Virus record (IMG/VR): IMGVR_UViG_3300030330_004441
Span: 1-33,993 of that record
Length of the DNA stretch: 33,993 nucleotides
Strand: one strand, 5' to 3'
DNA from: a virus
Taxonomy: Duplodnaviria; Caudoviricetes
In this document: in pieces, positions 9,301-17,862 of the stretch
Numbering within the stretch: the stretch's first letter is position 1
How the letters are laid out: every line of letters begins with the position of its first letter
Program-made: the position numbers and the translations under genes
The notes under the pieces: model-generated
What the model was told of the DNA's origin: nothing
The model's database searches: none
Seen by the model: only the letters and a program-made list of their open reading frames with translations

Positions 9301-9331
9301 CAGTATCGTGCGGGTAACGCCCGCACTTTAA
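9227..9331 (+). CDS. putative 34-aa overlapping peptide MNTELMGAWTQKWMLRPVANCCRGSSIVRVTPAL
   Basis: ATG 9227 with GAGGGA at 9214-9219; TAA 9329-9331 overlaps the protease RBS; not in the ORF track. Confidence 0.35.
   Translation: MNTELMGAWTQKWMLRPVANCCRGSSIVRVTPAL
9308..9326 (+). promoter_or_regulatory. GC-rich hairpin GTGCGGG-TAACG-CCCGCAC just upstream of the protease RBS
   Basis: Perfect 7-bp inverted repeat with only 3 T downstream, so not a strong intrinsic terminator. Confidence 0.6.
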
Positions 9332-9342
9332 GGAGAAAAAGA

Positions 9343-9939
9343 ATGACAAAGAAATATGTGCTTCAAGAATTTATGAATCTAGATTACAGTAACGATCTTC
9401 TTAGCGAGGAGGAACGTGAGGGTAATAAGCAGGGTGTTCATCTTGTTTTGGCAGGCAAAATTCAAGCTGCCGGGAAAAAGAACGGCAATGGTCGGATATA
9501 TCCCAAGCCAATTCTTGAAAGAGAGATGAAAAACTATCAAAAACTTGTAAAAGAGGGACGAGCCGTTGGTGAACTAGACCACCCAGACAGTTCTGTCATT
9601 GAACTGAAGAATGCTAGCCATCTTATCACTGAAGTTTGGTGGGACGGTGATGATGTTATGGGCAAATTAAAGATTCTTGACACCCCAGCCGGAAAAATCG
9701 CAAAAGATTTGGTCAAAGGAGGGGTCCAGCTTGGTATCTCTAGTCGTGGACTTGGCTCAACAAGGCAAGAAAGAGGCATTACCATGGTTGAAGACGATTT
9801 TCAACTACTTTGTTTTGATTTAGTGTCTGAGCCCAGCACAACAGGTGCTTATTTGGTTGCAGAAAGCAAAGTCAAAACTCATTTAACTAAATCTGATCGT
9901 ATTAATCGTGCTCTTAACGATATTTTGGGGGATAAATGA
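9343..9939 (+). CDS. gp21: prohead core protease (T4 gp21-like)
   Basis: KNGNGRIYP, GELDHP, SH, GISSRGLGS (catalytic Ser), FDLVSEPST motifs; AAGGAG RBS. Confidence 0.93.
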   Translation: MTKKYVLQEFMNLDYSNDLLSEEEREGNKQGVHLVLAGKIQAAGKKNGNGRIYPKPILEREMKNYQKLVKEGRAVGELDHPDSSVIELKNASHLITEVWWDGDDVMGKLKILDTPAGKIAKDLVKGGVQLGISSRGLGSTRQERGITMVEDDFQLLCFDLVSEPSTTGAYLVAESKVKTHLTKSDRINRALNDILGDK

Positions 9940-10295
9940 AAAAATCAGAACTTAAAGCTCTAATCAAAGAGTGTGTCCGAGAGGTGATCTTTGAATCAGG
10001 TGTTATTAGGTCCATAGTGACAGAAGTCGCTCAAGGGCTTGGCACATCTACACTTACAGAAACCAAAAGTGTAAATAGAGCGCCCCAAAGAGACGTAAAA
10101 AACGCAGTCAGAGAGCAGATAGCTAGAAGCCTCAGTGTTACAGCAGAAGAATCGTCAGCCCCTAACCGCTTTTCAGACAACCCTTTGTTTAAGGGAACTA
10201 AGCCCTTACAAGAAAACGTACAAAACCCAGGAGTTGATATAACATCTTTGCCTGGTATTCAAAATTGGGCAAAGATTGCTAATAGAACCGAATAG
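9936..10295 (+). CDS. probable prohead core/internal protein
   Basis: MKKSELKALIKECVREV N-terminus, LTE/LQE sites, C-terminal WAKIA resembling the scaffold end; ATGA coupling to protease. Confidence 0.55.
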   Translation: MKKSELKALIKECVREVIFESGVIRSIVTEVAQGLGTSTLTETKSVNRAPQRDVKNAVREQIARSLSVTAEESSAPNRFSDNPLFKGTKPLQENVQNPGVDITSLPGIQNWAKIANRTE

Positions 10296-10308
10296 AAAGG
10301 ACAATAAA

Positions 10309-10599
10309 TTGTATCGCAAGAATAAAAATAAGGATTCTATCAACGGCGTAATTGAAGTTAGGAACACAAATAATGGTGACGCCGAACTTCTTGTTAAGAA
10401 GTTTGTGAGAAAGGTGAGAAACTCAGGAATATTGGATGAATATCGATCACGTCGTTATTTTAAAAGTAAATCTGAACTGCGCCGAGAAAAGGTGGCAGAA
10501 AAAGAAAGAATCATTCGCAGGGTGAATGAAAGAAGGTCGAACCTACTTAAACCAGGGAGACAGTTGTCTAACCGAAGAGGAACCCCAAGGAGAAAATAG
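10309..10599 (+). CDS. rpsU: phage-encoded ribosomal protein bS21 homolog
   Basis: IEVR...AELLVKKFVRKVRNSGILDEYRSRRYFKSKSELRREK fits the bS21 pattern; TTG 10309 preceded by AAGGA (10297-10301); highly basic. Confidence 0.8.
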   Translation: MYRKNKNKDSINGVIEVRNTNNGDAELLVKKFVRKVRNSGILDEYRSRRYFKSKSELRREKVAEKERIIRRVNERRSNLLKPGRQLSNRRGTPRRK

Positions 10600-10602
10600 A
10601 AA

Positions 10603-11016
10603 ATGGCAGAACGTAATAACATATATCAGCCAGGTATAGGGAGCGTTGGCGCATATCAGCTAGCTGGAAGACCATACATAACTGGTTCAAATGATCTAGG
10701 CAACGGAACTCAGCATGTGCATAACTTTCCAACTGTTACACGCTCGATTACTGTAATAAATCATAGCAGCAACACGATTCGTGTTCATTTTGCCGACAAA
10801 GACACTGGCAATACCACAGCGGCCAATGGAGGTCATTTTATTGAATTGGATAGCGATGAAGATTCAATAACCATGAATGTTAGGGCAGACTCAATTTACA
10901 TTTCAAATGCTTCAGGGGCAGGTCCTCTCGAATATAAAATTTACGCTGAACTGACTGGTATTGCAACCGGCAGCTTGAATTACAATGCAACTAGCCTTGT
11001 TGGGCTAACAGAATAA
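10603..11016 (+). CDS. putative virion structural/decoration protein (beta-rich)
   Basis: G/N/T/S-rich 137 aa in head module; AGGAG RBS; CCTACTTA motif at 10542-10549 upstream. Confidence 0.5.
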   Translation: MAERNNIYQPGIGSVGAYQLAGRPYITGSNDLGNGTQHVHNFPTVTRSITVINHSSNTIRVHFADKDTGNTTAANGGHFIELDSDEDSITMNVRADSIYISNASGAGPLEYKIYAELTGIATGSLNYNATSLVGLTE

Positions 11017-11041
11017 AACTTTAAGGTAGGAGATAAAAACC

Positions 11042-12034
11042 ATGGGATTCGGCAGCGGCGGATTTAAATCATCACCAAGCAACATTCAAGGTGATTTTCA
11101 GGTAGAGGTTGGCGGCTCAACTAAGCCAAGCTTATTTACAGTCTCTATAAGCACAGCAGAGCACGTTACCAACGGGTCGTTCGCTGACGCATCTAATTGG
11201 ACGTTGGGAGGCACCGGTTTTGCTATTGGCAGCAATAAGGCAACCTATACTCATCCTGGTGGAGGTCCTACAACAGCGACACTTACTCAGGCAAAAACAG
11301 ACTTAGCAGTAGCAATTGTGCCTGGACGCATGTATGAATTGTCCTATGTTGTATCAGATAACACAGGCTTCTCAGGGCAGATTACATTAGTAAGGAACGA
11401 TGGTGCAACGACAGGCATCCCAGAACAAGCCTACAGCGATAGTCATTTAGCCTTGGAGACTGCAAATGGATCTCATACGTTGCGGTTTAGAGCAGACTTT
11501 GACCCAGAAAGCCTTCAAATTCAAATTGACGGCGCTGCCGGAACTGTTGCTCTAAGCGGCTTATCCATCAAAGAATGTCTGCCAAATGTGGGTGTAGGCA
11601 CGGAGACACCAGCGGCACTGCTGCATGTTTCTGCTTCAAGCGCAGGTAGAGAAAATTTATTCACGGTATCTCCGGCTAATGCGAAAAGCGGAGACAATAC
11701 ACCAGCTTTCTCAATTGTGCAAGACGAGGATGGAGACTGGTATACAACATTTGGGCAAGGACCTCAAAGGTCATACGCTATGAGCATCAACTTAGCCAAT
11801 GGCGGCGGGCAAAGCACTATGCAAATTGCAAATGGTTCCGTCCTTGCCTTTGTCAGTTCGTTTACTTTTGGCAGTTCAGGCGCTCAGTGCAAAGTTATTA
11901 TAGCAAATCCAAACGTCCCAGCAAATGCAAGTGCCGCTGGAACAGCAGGTGAAATAGCTTGGGATAGCGGTCACCTTTATGTGTGTGTTGCTACCAATAC
12001 TTGGAAGAGGGTTGCCATTGCCGGTGGTTTCTAG
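11042..12034 (+). CDS. putative head fibre/decoration protein with carbohydrate-binding-like domain
   Basis: NGSFADASNW (CBM-like start), NVGVGTETPAALLHV fibre repeat, C-terminal GTAGEIAWDSGHLYVCVATNTWKRVAI module seen in phage fibre proteins. Confidence 0.55.
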   Translation: MGFGSGGFKSSPSNIQGDFQVEVGGSTKPSLFTVSISTAEHVTNGSFADASNWTLGGTGFAIGSNKATYTHPGGGPTTATLTQAKTDLAVAIVPGRMYELSYVVSDNTGFSGQITLVRNDGATTGIPEQAYSDSHLALETANGSHTLRFRADFDPESLQIQIDGAAGTVALSGLSIKECLPNVGVGTETPAALLHVSASSAGRENLFTVSPANAKSGDNTPAFSIVQDEDGDWYTTFGQGPQRSYAMSINLANGGGQSTMQIANGSVLAFVSSFTFGSSGAQCKVIIANPNVPANASAAGTAGEIAWDSGHLYVCVATNTWKRVAIAGGF

Positions 12035-12079
12035 GTTTTAAGCTTATAGCAGAAATCTAGTCATTTAGATTTAGTAGCA

Positions 12080-12087
12080 ACTATTTA
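12080..12087 (+). promoter_or_regulatory. putative late promoter motif ACTATTTA (scaffold/capsid operon)
   Basis: Intergenic, about 50 nt upstream of ATG 12136. Confidence 0.6.
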
Positions 12088-12135
12088 ATACGATGTGCTT
12101 TATCGTGCATCTTCTTTTGAGAGGAAATATAAATT

Positions 12136-13200
12136 ATGTCTAGTATGCTAGAACAAGCAATCATTGATGCAAAAGCTCTGAAAGAAGCTGCTATCAAGAA
12201 CGCAGAATCTACAATTGTAGAGAAGTATGCCGGTGAGGTTCGCCAAGCAGTAGAAAAACTACTAGAGCAAGATCCCATGGAAGACGAAGAAGAAATGGGC
12301 ATGGACGACGAAATGGGAGCAGAGGAAGAAGATCCAAACGCTGCCGTTATGGATGCTATCCCAGTTGGACATGACTCTGGCGCAGAAGATGTAATTGAAA
12401 TTGACCTTGATCAAATCATGACAGCAGCCGCTGAGGAGCCTTCTGGGGAAGAAGACGATATGGACAGAGAAGATATGGCAGATGAGCTTGGTATTCCAGA
12501 ACTAGAGGACGAAGAACAGGCCCTAGATCCCGGCTTTGACGAGCCAGCAAACCGAACTGACGAAAAGATAAATCATCCTGATGAGCTAGAAATAGATGAA
12601 GAACAGCTAGTTGAAATGTTCAAAGAGTCTCTTACAGTGAATGTTCCAGAAGAGGCGCTAGAAGCTCTAGAGAACATGGAAGAGGATTCTGATAAAGACG
12701 AAGAAGATTATGTAGACGTCAGTGAAATATCTGACGAACTATCTAATCATCGTGCTGGACAAGACCCTAAAGAACTAGAAGAGGTCAAGTCAAGAAATAC
12801 TGAGCTTGCACAAAAACTTGAAGAAATTACAAAAGAAAAAGAAAACTTACTAGAACTGCTCGGGCGGGCAAAAGAGAGGTTGGAGGAAATCAACCTATCG
12901 AACGCACGACTTTTCTATATAAATCGTGTCTTAGAAGATACCGCATTAAACGAGCGGCAGCGTAAACAATTGGCTGAACATATCCAACAGGCACACACAG
13001 TTGATGAAGCGAAGACAATTTATGAAACTCTTCAAAAGACAGTGGGCGCTCACTCTCAAAAGAGTAAGACAAAATCACTATCTGAGGTTGTTACAAAGAA
13101 GTCATCGACTATTCTAAGTTCTCGTAGAGAAGTTACATCAACAAATGATAACCCACAGGCTGCCCGATGGGCAAAGCTTGCGGGCATACTAGACAAATAA
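12136..13200 (+). CDS. prohead core scaffolding protein (T4 gp22-like position)
   Basis: Very acidic, coiled-coil, immediately upstream of MCP; C-terminal RWAKLAGI. Confidence 0.75.
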   Translation: MSSMLEQAIIDAKALKEAAIKNAESTIVEKYAGEVRQAVEKLLEQDPMEDEEEMGMDDEMGAEEEDPNAAVMDAIPVGHDSGAEDVIEIDLDQIMTAAAEEPSGEEDDMDREDMADELGIPELEDEEQALDPGFDEPANRTDEKINHPDELEIDEEQLVEMFKESLTVNVPEEALEALENMEEDSDKDEEDYVDVSEISDELSNHRAGQDPKELEEVKSRNTELAQKLEEITKEKENLLELLGRAKERLEEINLSNARLFYINRVLEDTALNERQRKQLAEHIQQAHTVDEAKTIYETLQKTVGAHSQKSKTKSLSEVVTKKSSTILSSRREVTSTNDNPQAARWAKLAGILDK

Positions 13201-13222
13201 TTTAATAAGGAGAAAAATAACA

Positions 13223-14959
13223 ATGTCTATGTTAGAAAAACTAACCGAAGGCATCCGTCAACGCTCTCTCGCTCAAGAAGGTGAAGTGATCACCCAAAAG
13301 TGGGAAGCAACAGGGCTTCTAGAAGGTCTTGACAACGATGTCTCAAAGAATAATATGGCACGCCTCCTCGAAAACCAAGCCGCACAGCTTCTTAAAGAAG
13401 AAAGCAAAATGAGTGGCCAGGATGTCGAAGGCTTTGCTTCAGTTGCGTTCCCAATCGTTCGCCGTGTATTCGGTGGTCTATTGGCCCAGGACCTAGTGTC
13501 TGTTCAACCAATGAGCCTCCCAAGTGGACTCATCTTCTTTATGGATTTCACCTATGCCCCTCAGACCGGCGCTTTGGCTGGTGCTGCTGCTAACGAATCC
13601 ATTTACGGTGGTGGTGTTGTCGCTTCTCAGGTAACTGGTGGTGTTAGCCTTGAAGGTGTGCCCGCCGCCGGCACCGCCGCTGCATCAGATCTTGGCTTCC
13701 GCAATCTCAACACTGGCTATGCCCATGCAAGCGCCTCAGTTGATAGTGTTGAGGTTACAGTCGTTGAGGAGCGAGATACATATGATTCCTTGCCCGATGC
13801 ACATAAGCGCAACCTTGGGCATGATCCAGACTTAAAGGCAGCCAATCCACAGACCGTGCTTGTTAAGGTTGCACTTACTGTGCTTCCAGATCTGAACCGG
13901 GACGCATTGAGTGCTATTACAGTTTCAGCCTCTGGTGATAAATCCCTCATCGGCGCCGGCGCTGAGCAAATTGACGACGGCGGTTTGCTTGTTCGCCGTG
14001 CAACGTTTATTAGCGGCTCAGATTTGTATCTCCTCTTTGCTTCGGCGACCGCCTCCGAGCTTGGTGACGGCAGCATTGATGGCACAAACGCCGATAAGCT
14101 TAAGATTCACTACCCTGTAGCTGATAACTTCAAGAATGGCGGAGCTATTGGTTCTGTCTCTGGTGACAGCACCACCCCAGCATGGCCACTAGAGTCGCAA
14201 GGCAGCATGTCTGAGATCGACATCAAGGTGGACAGCGTTGCTGTTACAGCAATGACCAAGAAGTTGAAGGCACACTGGAGCCCCGAGCTTGCTCAGGACC
14301 TCAATGCCTATCACAACCTTGACGCCGAAGTTGAACTCACAAGCGTTCTCTCTGAGATGATCGCTAAAGAGATCGACAACGAAATCCTTAAGGATCTTGT
14401 TGAAGGCGCTAATGCTGCAACATACTACTGGAGCCGTAAGCCCGGTAGATTCTTGCAGCTTGACGATGGTTCAGCAACCAATCCTGTGGCTGACTTCACG
14501 GGTAACGTGAGTGAGTGGAATGAGACACTGCTTGACACCGTTAACGCTGTGAGTGCAGTTATTCACCGTAAGACCCTCCGTGGCGGCGCTAACTTTATCG
14601 TTTGCTCTCCAGAAGTTGCTGGGATTCTTGAGTTCACCTCTGGTTTCCGTGCTTCTGTAGAAAACGACGCAGACAAGGGCTCATGGGGCGCAGTTAAGGC
14701 TGGTTCAATAAGTGGCAAGATGGACATCTTCGTAGATGCCGGCTTCCCACGGAACGTGCTTCTAGTTGGTCGTCGTGGTAGCAGCTTCCTAGAAAGCGGC
14801 TATGTCTACGCACCTTACGTGCCACTACAAATGACACCTACCGTTCTCGGTGTAGATGACTTCACCCCCCGCAAGGGCGTGATGACTCGCTACGCCAAGA
14901 AGATGGTCCGTTCAGACATGTACGGATTGGTAATCTGTCGGGACTTCTTGCTAGCCTAG
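13223..14959 (+). CDS. gp23: major capsid protein (T4 gp23-like)
   Basis: KWEATGLLEGL, LLENQA, LVSVQPMSLPSGLIF, KLKAHWSPELAQDLNAYH.LDAEVEL, YAPYVPL, FTPRKGVMTRY; TAAGGAG RBS. Confidence 0.96.
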   Translation: MSMLEKLTEGIRQRSLAQEGEVITQKWEATGLLEGLDNDVSKNNMARLLENQAAQLLKEESKMSGQDVEGFASVAFPIVRRVFGGLLAQDLVSVQPMSLPSGLIFFMDFTYAPQTGALAGAAANESIYGGGVVASQVTGGVSLEGVPAAGTAAASDLGFRNLNTGYAHASASVDSVEVTVVEERDTYDSLPDAHKRNLGHDPDLKAANPQTVLVKVALTVLPDLNRDALSAITVSASGDKSLIGAGAEQIDDGGLLVRRATFISGSDLYLLFASATASELGDGSIDGTNADKLKIHYPVADNFKNGGAIGSVSGDSTTPAWPLESQGSMSEIDIKVDSVAVTAMTKKLKAHWSPELAQDLNAYHNLDAEVELTSVLSEMIAKEIDNEILKDLVEGANAATYYWSRKPGRFLQLDDGSATNPVADFTGNVSEWNETLLDTVNAVSAVIHRKTLRGGANFIVCSPEVAGILEFTSGFRASVENDADKGSWGAVKAGSISGKMDIFVDAGFPRNVLLVGRRGSSFLESGYVYAPYVPLQMTPTVLGVDDFTPRKGVMTRYAKKMVRSDMYGLVICRDFLLA

Positions 14960-14991
14960 TTAGCATAGTAGTCTTAGTCTTTAGACTGAGA

Positions 14992-15025
14992 GGAACCCTG
15001 CCCTTGTGGCAGGGTTTCTTTTTTT
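14992..15025 (+). terminator. rho-independent terminator after MCP
   Basis: Stem (G)GAACCCTGCC / GGCAGGGTTT(C), loop CTTGT, followed by a T7 tract; a second hairpin lies at 14972-14991. Confidence 0.88.
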
Positions 15026-15054
15026 CTAAGGTCGGTAACTAGAGTAGAGAAGAA

Positions 15055-15062
15055 CCTATTTA
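15055..15062 (+). promoter_or_regulatory. putative late promoter motif CCTATTTA (neck genes)
   Basis: Lies between the MCP terminator and ATG 15102, where re-initiation is needed. Confidence 0.6.
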
Positions 15063-15101
15063 GTAAGGTTACTCCTAAATAAAGAAGGAGACAAAACAAA
15101 C

Positions 15102-16361
15102 ATGCCAACAGATTTAAACCCTATTAGTACACAAAACGCCAAGGTGTTGACTCCAACAGGTTCGCCTGGAGATGTTTCCGACAGTTTAGCGTATGGAATT
15201 TATAATACCGATGCTTTTTATAGCGGCGCAGCGGATCAAGTTTCCTATGTTTATGGAAAACTTGGGGGAAATATTTTAGATATAGAAATAGAGACAGGTA
15301 ATGTATACAAAGCATATGAAGAAGCCTGTTTGGAGTATTCTTATCTTCTTAACACACACCAAGCAAAGAACGTCCTTTCAGATATGCTCGGTGGCGCAAC
15401 AGGTTCATTTGACGAGGATGGAGAATTTACCGCTTATAGGGACAACACAACAATAAAGCCAAACTTAAAATTCCCACGATTTACGTTGGCATACTCGGCT
15501 CACGTTGCTAGTTCTGTAGCTACACAGGCAAAAATGGGCGGTCACGAGAGAATATATTCTGCATCATTTGATATATCTGCGGATACGCAAGACTATGACC
15601 TTCAAGCTCTCATATACAGTGCCTCACTCTCAGCATCATCAGAGTTTTCAGGTGCTGTTGGGACCAACAAAATAATAATTGAAAAAGTTTATTATAAACT
15701 TCCTGTTTCTAGTTGGAGATTTTTCGGTGGTGGAGTCAATACAAATACAACAACAACGAGATACTCCACTTTCGGACAGTATGGTTCTGATAGCACTTTT
15801 GAGGTTGCTCCAGTTTGGCAACAGGAGTTATATGCTTCAGCCTATGAAAACGCTTTAAAAGTTCGTAGTTCTCACTATTCTTACGAAATAAAAAACAATA
15901 GAGTTAGAATCTACCCTATCCCAACAACGGCAACTAACCCCAGTCAAATGTGGATTAACTTTAGAGTTGTTAACGAAGCATACGAGGAAGAGTCGGATAG
16001 ACAATATGGTGCAGACGGCATTAACAACATGAATTCTTTGCCATTTCCTAATGTCCCATATGCAAACATTAACTCAATCGGTAAACATTGGATCAGAAGA
16101 TTTTGTCTAGCTCTTTGTAAAGAAACACTAGGGCAGGTTAGATCAAAGATCGGCTCAGTGCCAATCCCAGGCAATGATATAACTTTGAATGGTTCCGCCT
16201 TGATTAGCGAAGGACAGCAAGAGCAAGAAAAACTTAGAGAGGAATTAAAAGCGGTATTTGATGAACTCACATACGGTAAATTGGCAGAGGGCGATCAGCA
16301 ACTCCAGGCTTCTACCGAGGAAGTTCTTAAACGTGTGCCCCACGGCATTTACACGGGGTAA
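15102..16361 (+). CDS. neck/head-tail adaptor protein (T4 gp13-like)
   Basis: KLGGNILDIEIE N-terminal motif; WIRRFCLALCKETLGQVRSK...IPGNDITLNGSALISEG C-terminal motif; position after MCP. Confidence 0.78.
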   Translation: MPTDLNPISTQNAKVLTPTGSPGDVSDSLAYGIYNTDAFYSGAADQVSYVYGKLGGNILDIEIETGNVYKAYEEACLEYSYLLNTHQAKNVLSDMLGGATGSFDEDGEFTAYRDNTTIKPNLKFPRFTLAYSAHVASSVATQAKMGGHERIYSASFDISADTQDYDLQALIYSASLSASSEFSGAVGTNKIIIEKVYYKLPVSSWRFFGGGVNTNTTTTRYSTFGQYGSDSTFEVAPVWQQELYASAYENALKVRSSHYSYEIKNNRVRIYPIPTTATNPSQMWINFRVVNEAYEEESDRQYGADGINNMNSLPFPNVPYANINSIGKHWIRRFCLALCKETLGQVRSKIGSVPIPGNDITLNGSALISEGQQEQEKLREELKAVFDELTYGKLAEGDQQLQASTEEVLKRVPHGIYTG

Positions 16362-16366
16362 TATAG

Positions 16367-16858
16367 ATGTCCACTGATAATAAATGGTCCCAACCATCCG
16401 CACCTCCTCCTCCAATGTTTGTTGGGAAAAAGGAGAGAGACTTTGTAAAGCAGGTTAATGATGAAATCATTGAAAAGATGGTTGGTCAGCAGATTCTTTA
16501 CTTTCCGATTGACATTGAAAGAACAAACTTTCACCCCTTATATGGGGAGGCTGTAGATAAAACTTTCCTACCTCCAATTCAAGTATATGCTTTAGTTGCG
16601 TGGGAGGGTTCAAACCAAACTAGTGAGAAATATGGCATTGACAGAGTTGCTAATATAACTGTTCATTTTCACCACCGCAGATTAACGGAAGATAAAGACT
16701 TATTTGCCCGCATTGGTGATTTTGTTCAGTATGAAAAACAATATTACGAAATTGTTAAATTGTCTCAACCTAGAAGACTCTTTGGGCAAGACAACAAACA
16801 GGTTGAGATCGTAGCTACCTGTAGAAAGGCAAGGGAGGGATTGTTTGATGCCACGTAG
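16367..16858 (+). CDS. neck/head closure protein (T4 gp14-like)
   Basis: EIIEKMVGQQILYFPI, HPLYGEA..K.F, IGDFV.Y...YYEI; synteny. Confidence 0.7.
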   Translation: MSTDNKWSQPSAPPPPMFVGKKERDFVKQVNDEIIEKMVGQQILYFPIDIERTNFHPLYGEAVDKTFLPPIQVYALVAWEGSNQTSEKYGIDRVANITVHFHHRRLTEDKDLFARIGDFVQYEKQYYEIVKLSQPRRLFGQDNKQVEIVATCRKAREGLFDAT

Positions 16859-17765
16859 AACTAAAACAGAAGAAATTATTAAAACTTCCATACCAATTAA
16901 TCCATCTACTTTGGAGACGATTGACTTTGCAGTTTTTAACTATGTTAATGACGTATTGAATATACATTGTGACTCAAATAAAGGGTTTAAGAAAGTCCCT
17001 GTGCTTTTCTCCACCCAAGAGCGGGCACACATGATAAAAAATAATGTAAATCTTAGAGATAATAATACAACACTAATTTATCCAATGATTTCTGTAGAAA
17101 GAACATCAGTGGTGAAAGACCCATCGTCACGAGGCATCTATGCTGCATCAGTAATGGGTATTAACGATGAAAAAGGCGGATCAATAGAAATTGCAAGAAG
17201 AGTACAACAGTTGAAGACAAGGGATCGTTCAAACGCTGATTCAATCAGAACATCAGCTAGTAAAACAGACGCCAATCGGCAAACATTTCCAAGAGAAAAC
17301 GATAAAATTGTTTATCAGACAATTTCAATACCTCAGCCAATTTATGTTGACGTGAGTTATGATATTTCCATAATAACAGAATATGTTCAACAGATGAATC
17401 AAATAACTGCTCCGTTTCTCGCTCGTACAGGAGCCCACAATTCTTTTAGGGCAGAACATGAAGGTAACAAATACGAGGCTTTTATTCAGCCAGATTATTC
17501 CCAGTCAAATAATGCAGGTTCTTTAGGCGAGGATGAAAGAAAATTTAATACCAACTTAACAATAAAGGTATTAGGTTATATCATAGGACAAGATAAGAAT
17601 CAAGAACAGCCGTTTGTTGTTGTCAGAGAGAGTGCAGCAGAAGTCAAGTTTCAGCGAGAAAGAGTTATCCTACAAGATGAACTGGATTTTTATGCGAAGT
17701 CGCTCACTAGCAGCAACCCAGACGTTTTCCAACTGGTTGACAAGAAGAATAAGTTGGTTGAATAA
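16848..17765 (+). CDS. tail terminator/sheath stabiliser (T4 gp15-like)
   Basis: KVPVLF, YPMISVER, PQPIYVDVSYDISI...QMNQI motifs; GGGAGG RBS; between gp14 and sheath. Confidence 0.68.
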   Translation: MPRRTKTEEIIKTSIPINPSTLETIDFAVFNYVNDVLNIHCDSNKGFKKVPVLFSTQERAHMIKNNVNLRDNNTTLIYPMISVERTSVVKDPSSRGIYAASVMGINDEKGGSIEIARRVQQLKTRDRSNADSIRTSASKTDANRQTFPRENDKIVYQTISIPQPIYVDVSYDISIITEYVQQMNQITAPFLARTGAHNSFRAEHEGNKYEAFIQPDYSQSNNAGSLGEDERKFNTNLTIKVLGYIIGQDKNQEQPFVVVRESAAEVKFQRERVILQDELDFYAKSLTSSNPDVFQLVDKKNKLVE

Positions 17766-17792
17766 AACGGATGGCGTTTGATTGTAAGACAT

Positions 17793-17800
17793 ACTATTTA
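17793..17800 (+). promoter_or_regulatory. putative late promoter motif ACTATTTA (sheath)
   Basis: Intergenic; followed by leader hairpin TAAACTC/GAGTTTA (17808-17826) and GAGGAG RBS. Confidence 0.6.
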
Positions 17801-17862
17801 CTAAGAATAAACTCGTATAGAGTTTAGCAGAGCTAACAGCTTTAAAGAGGAGAAACCCATAA

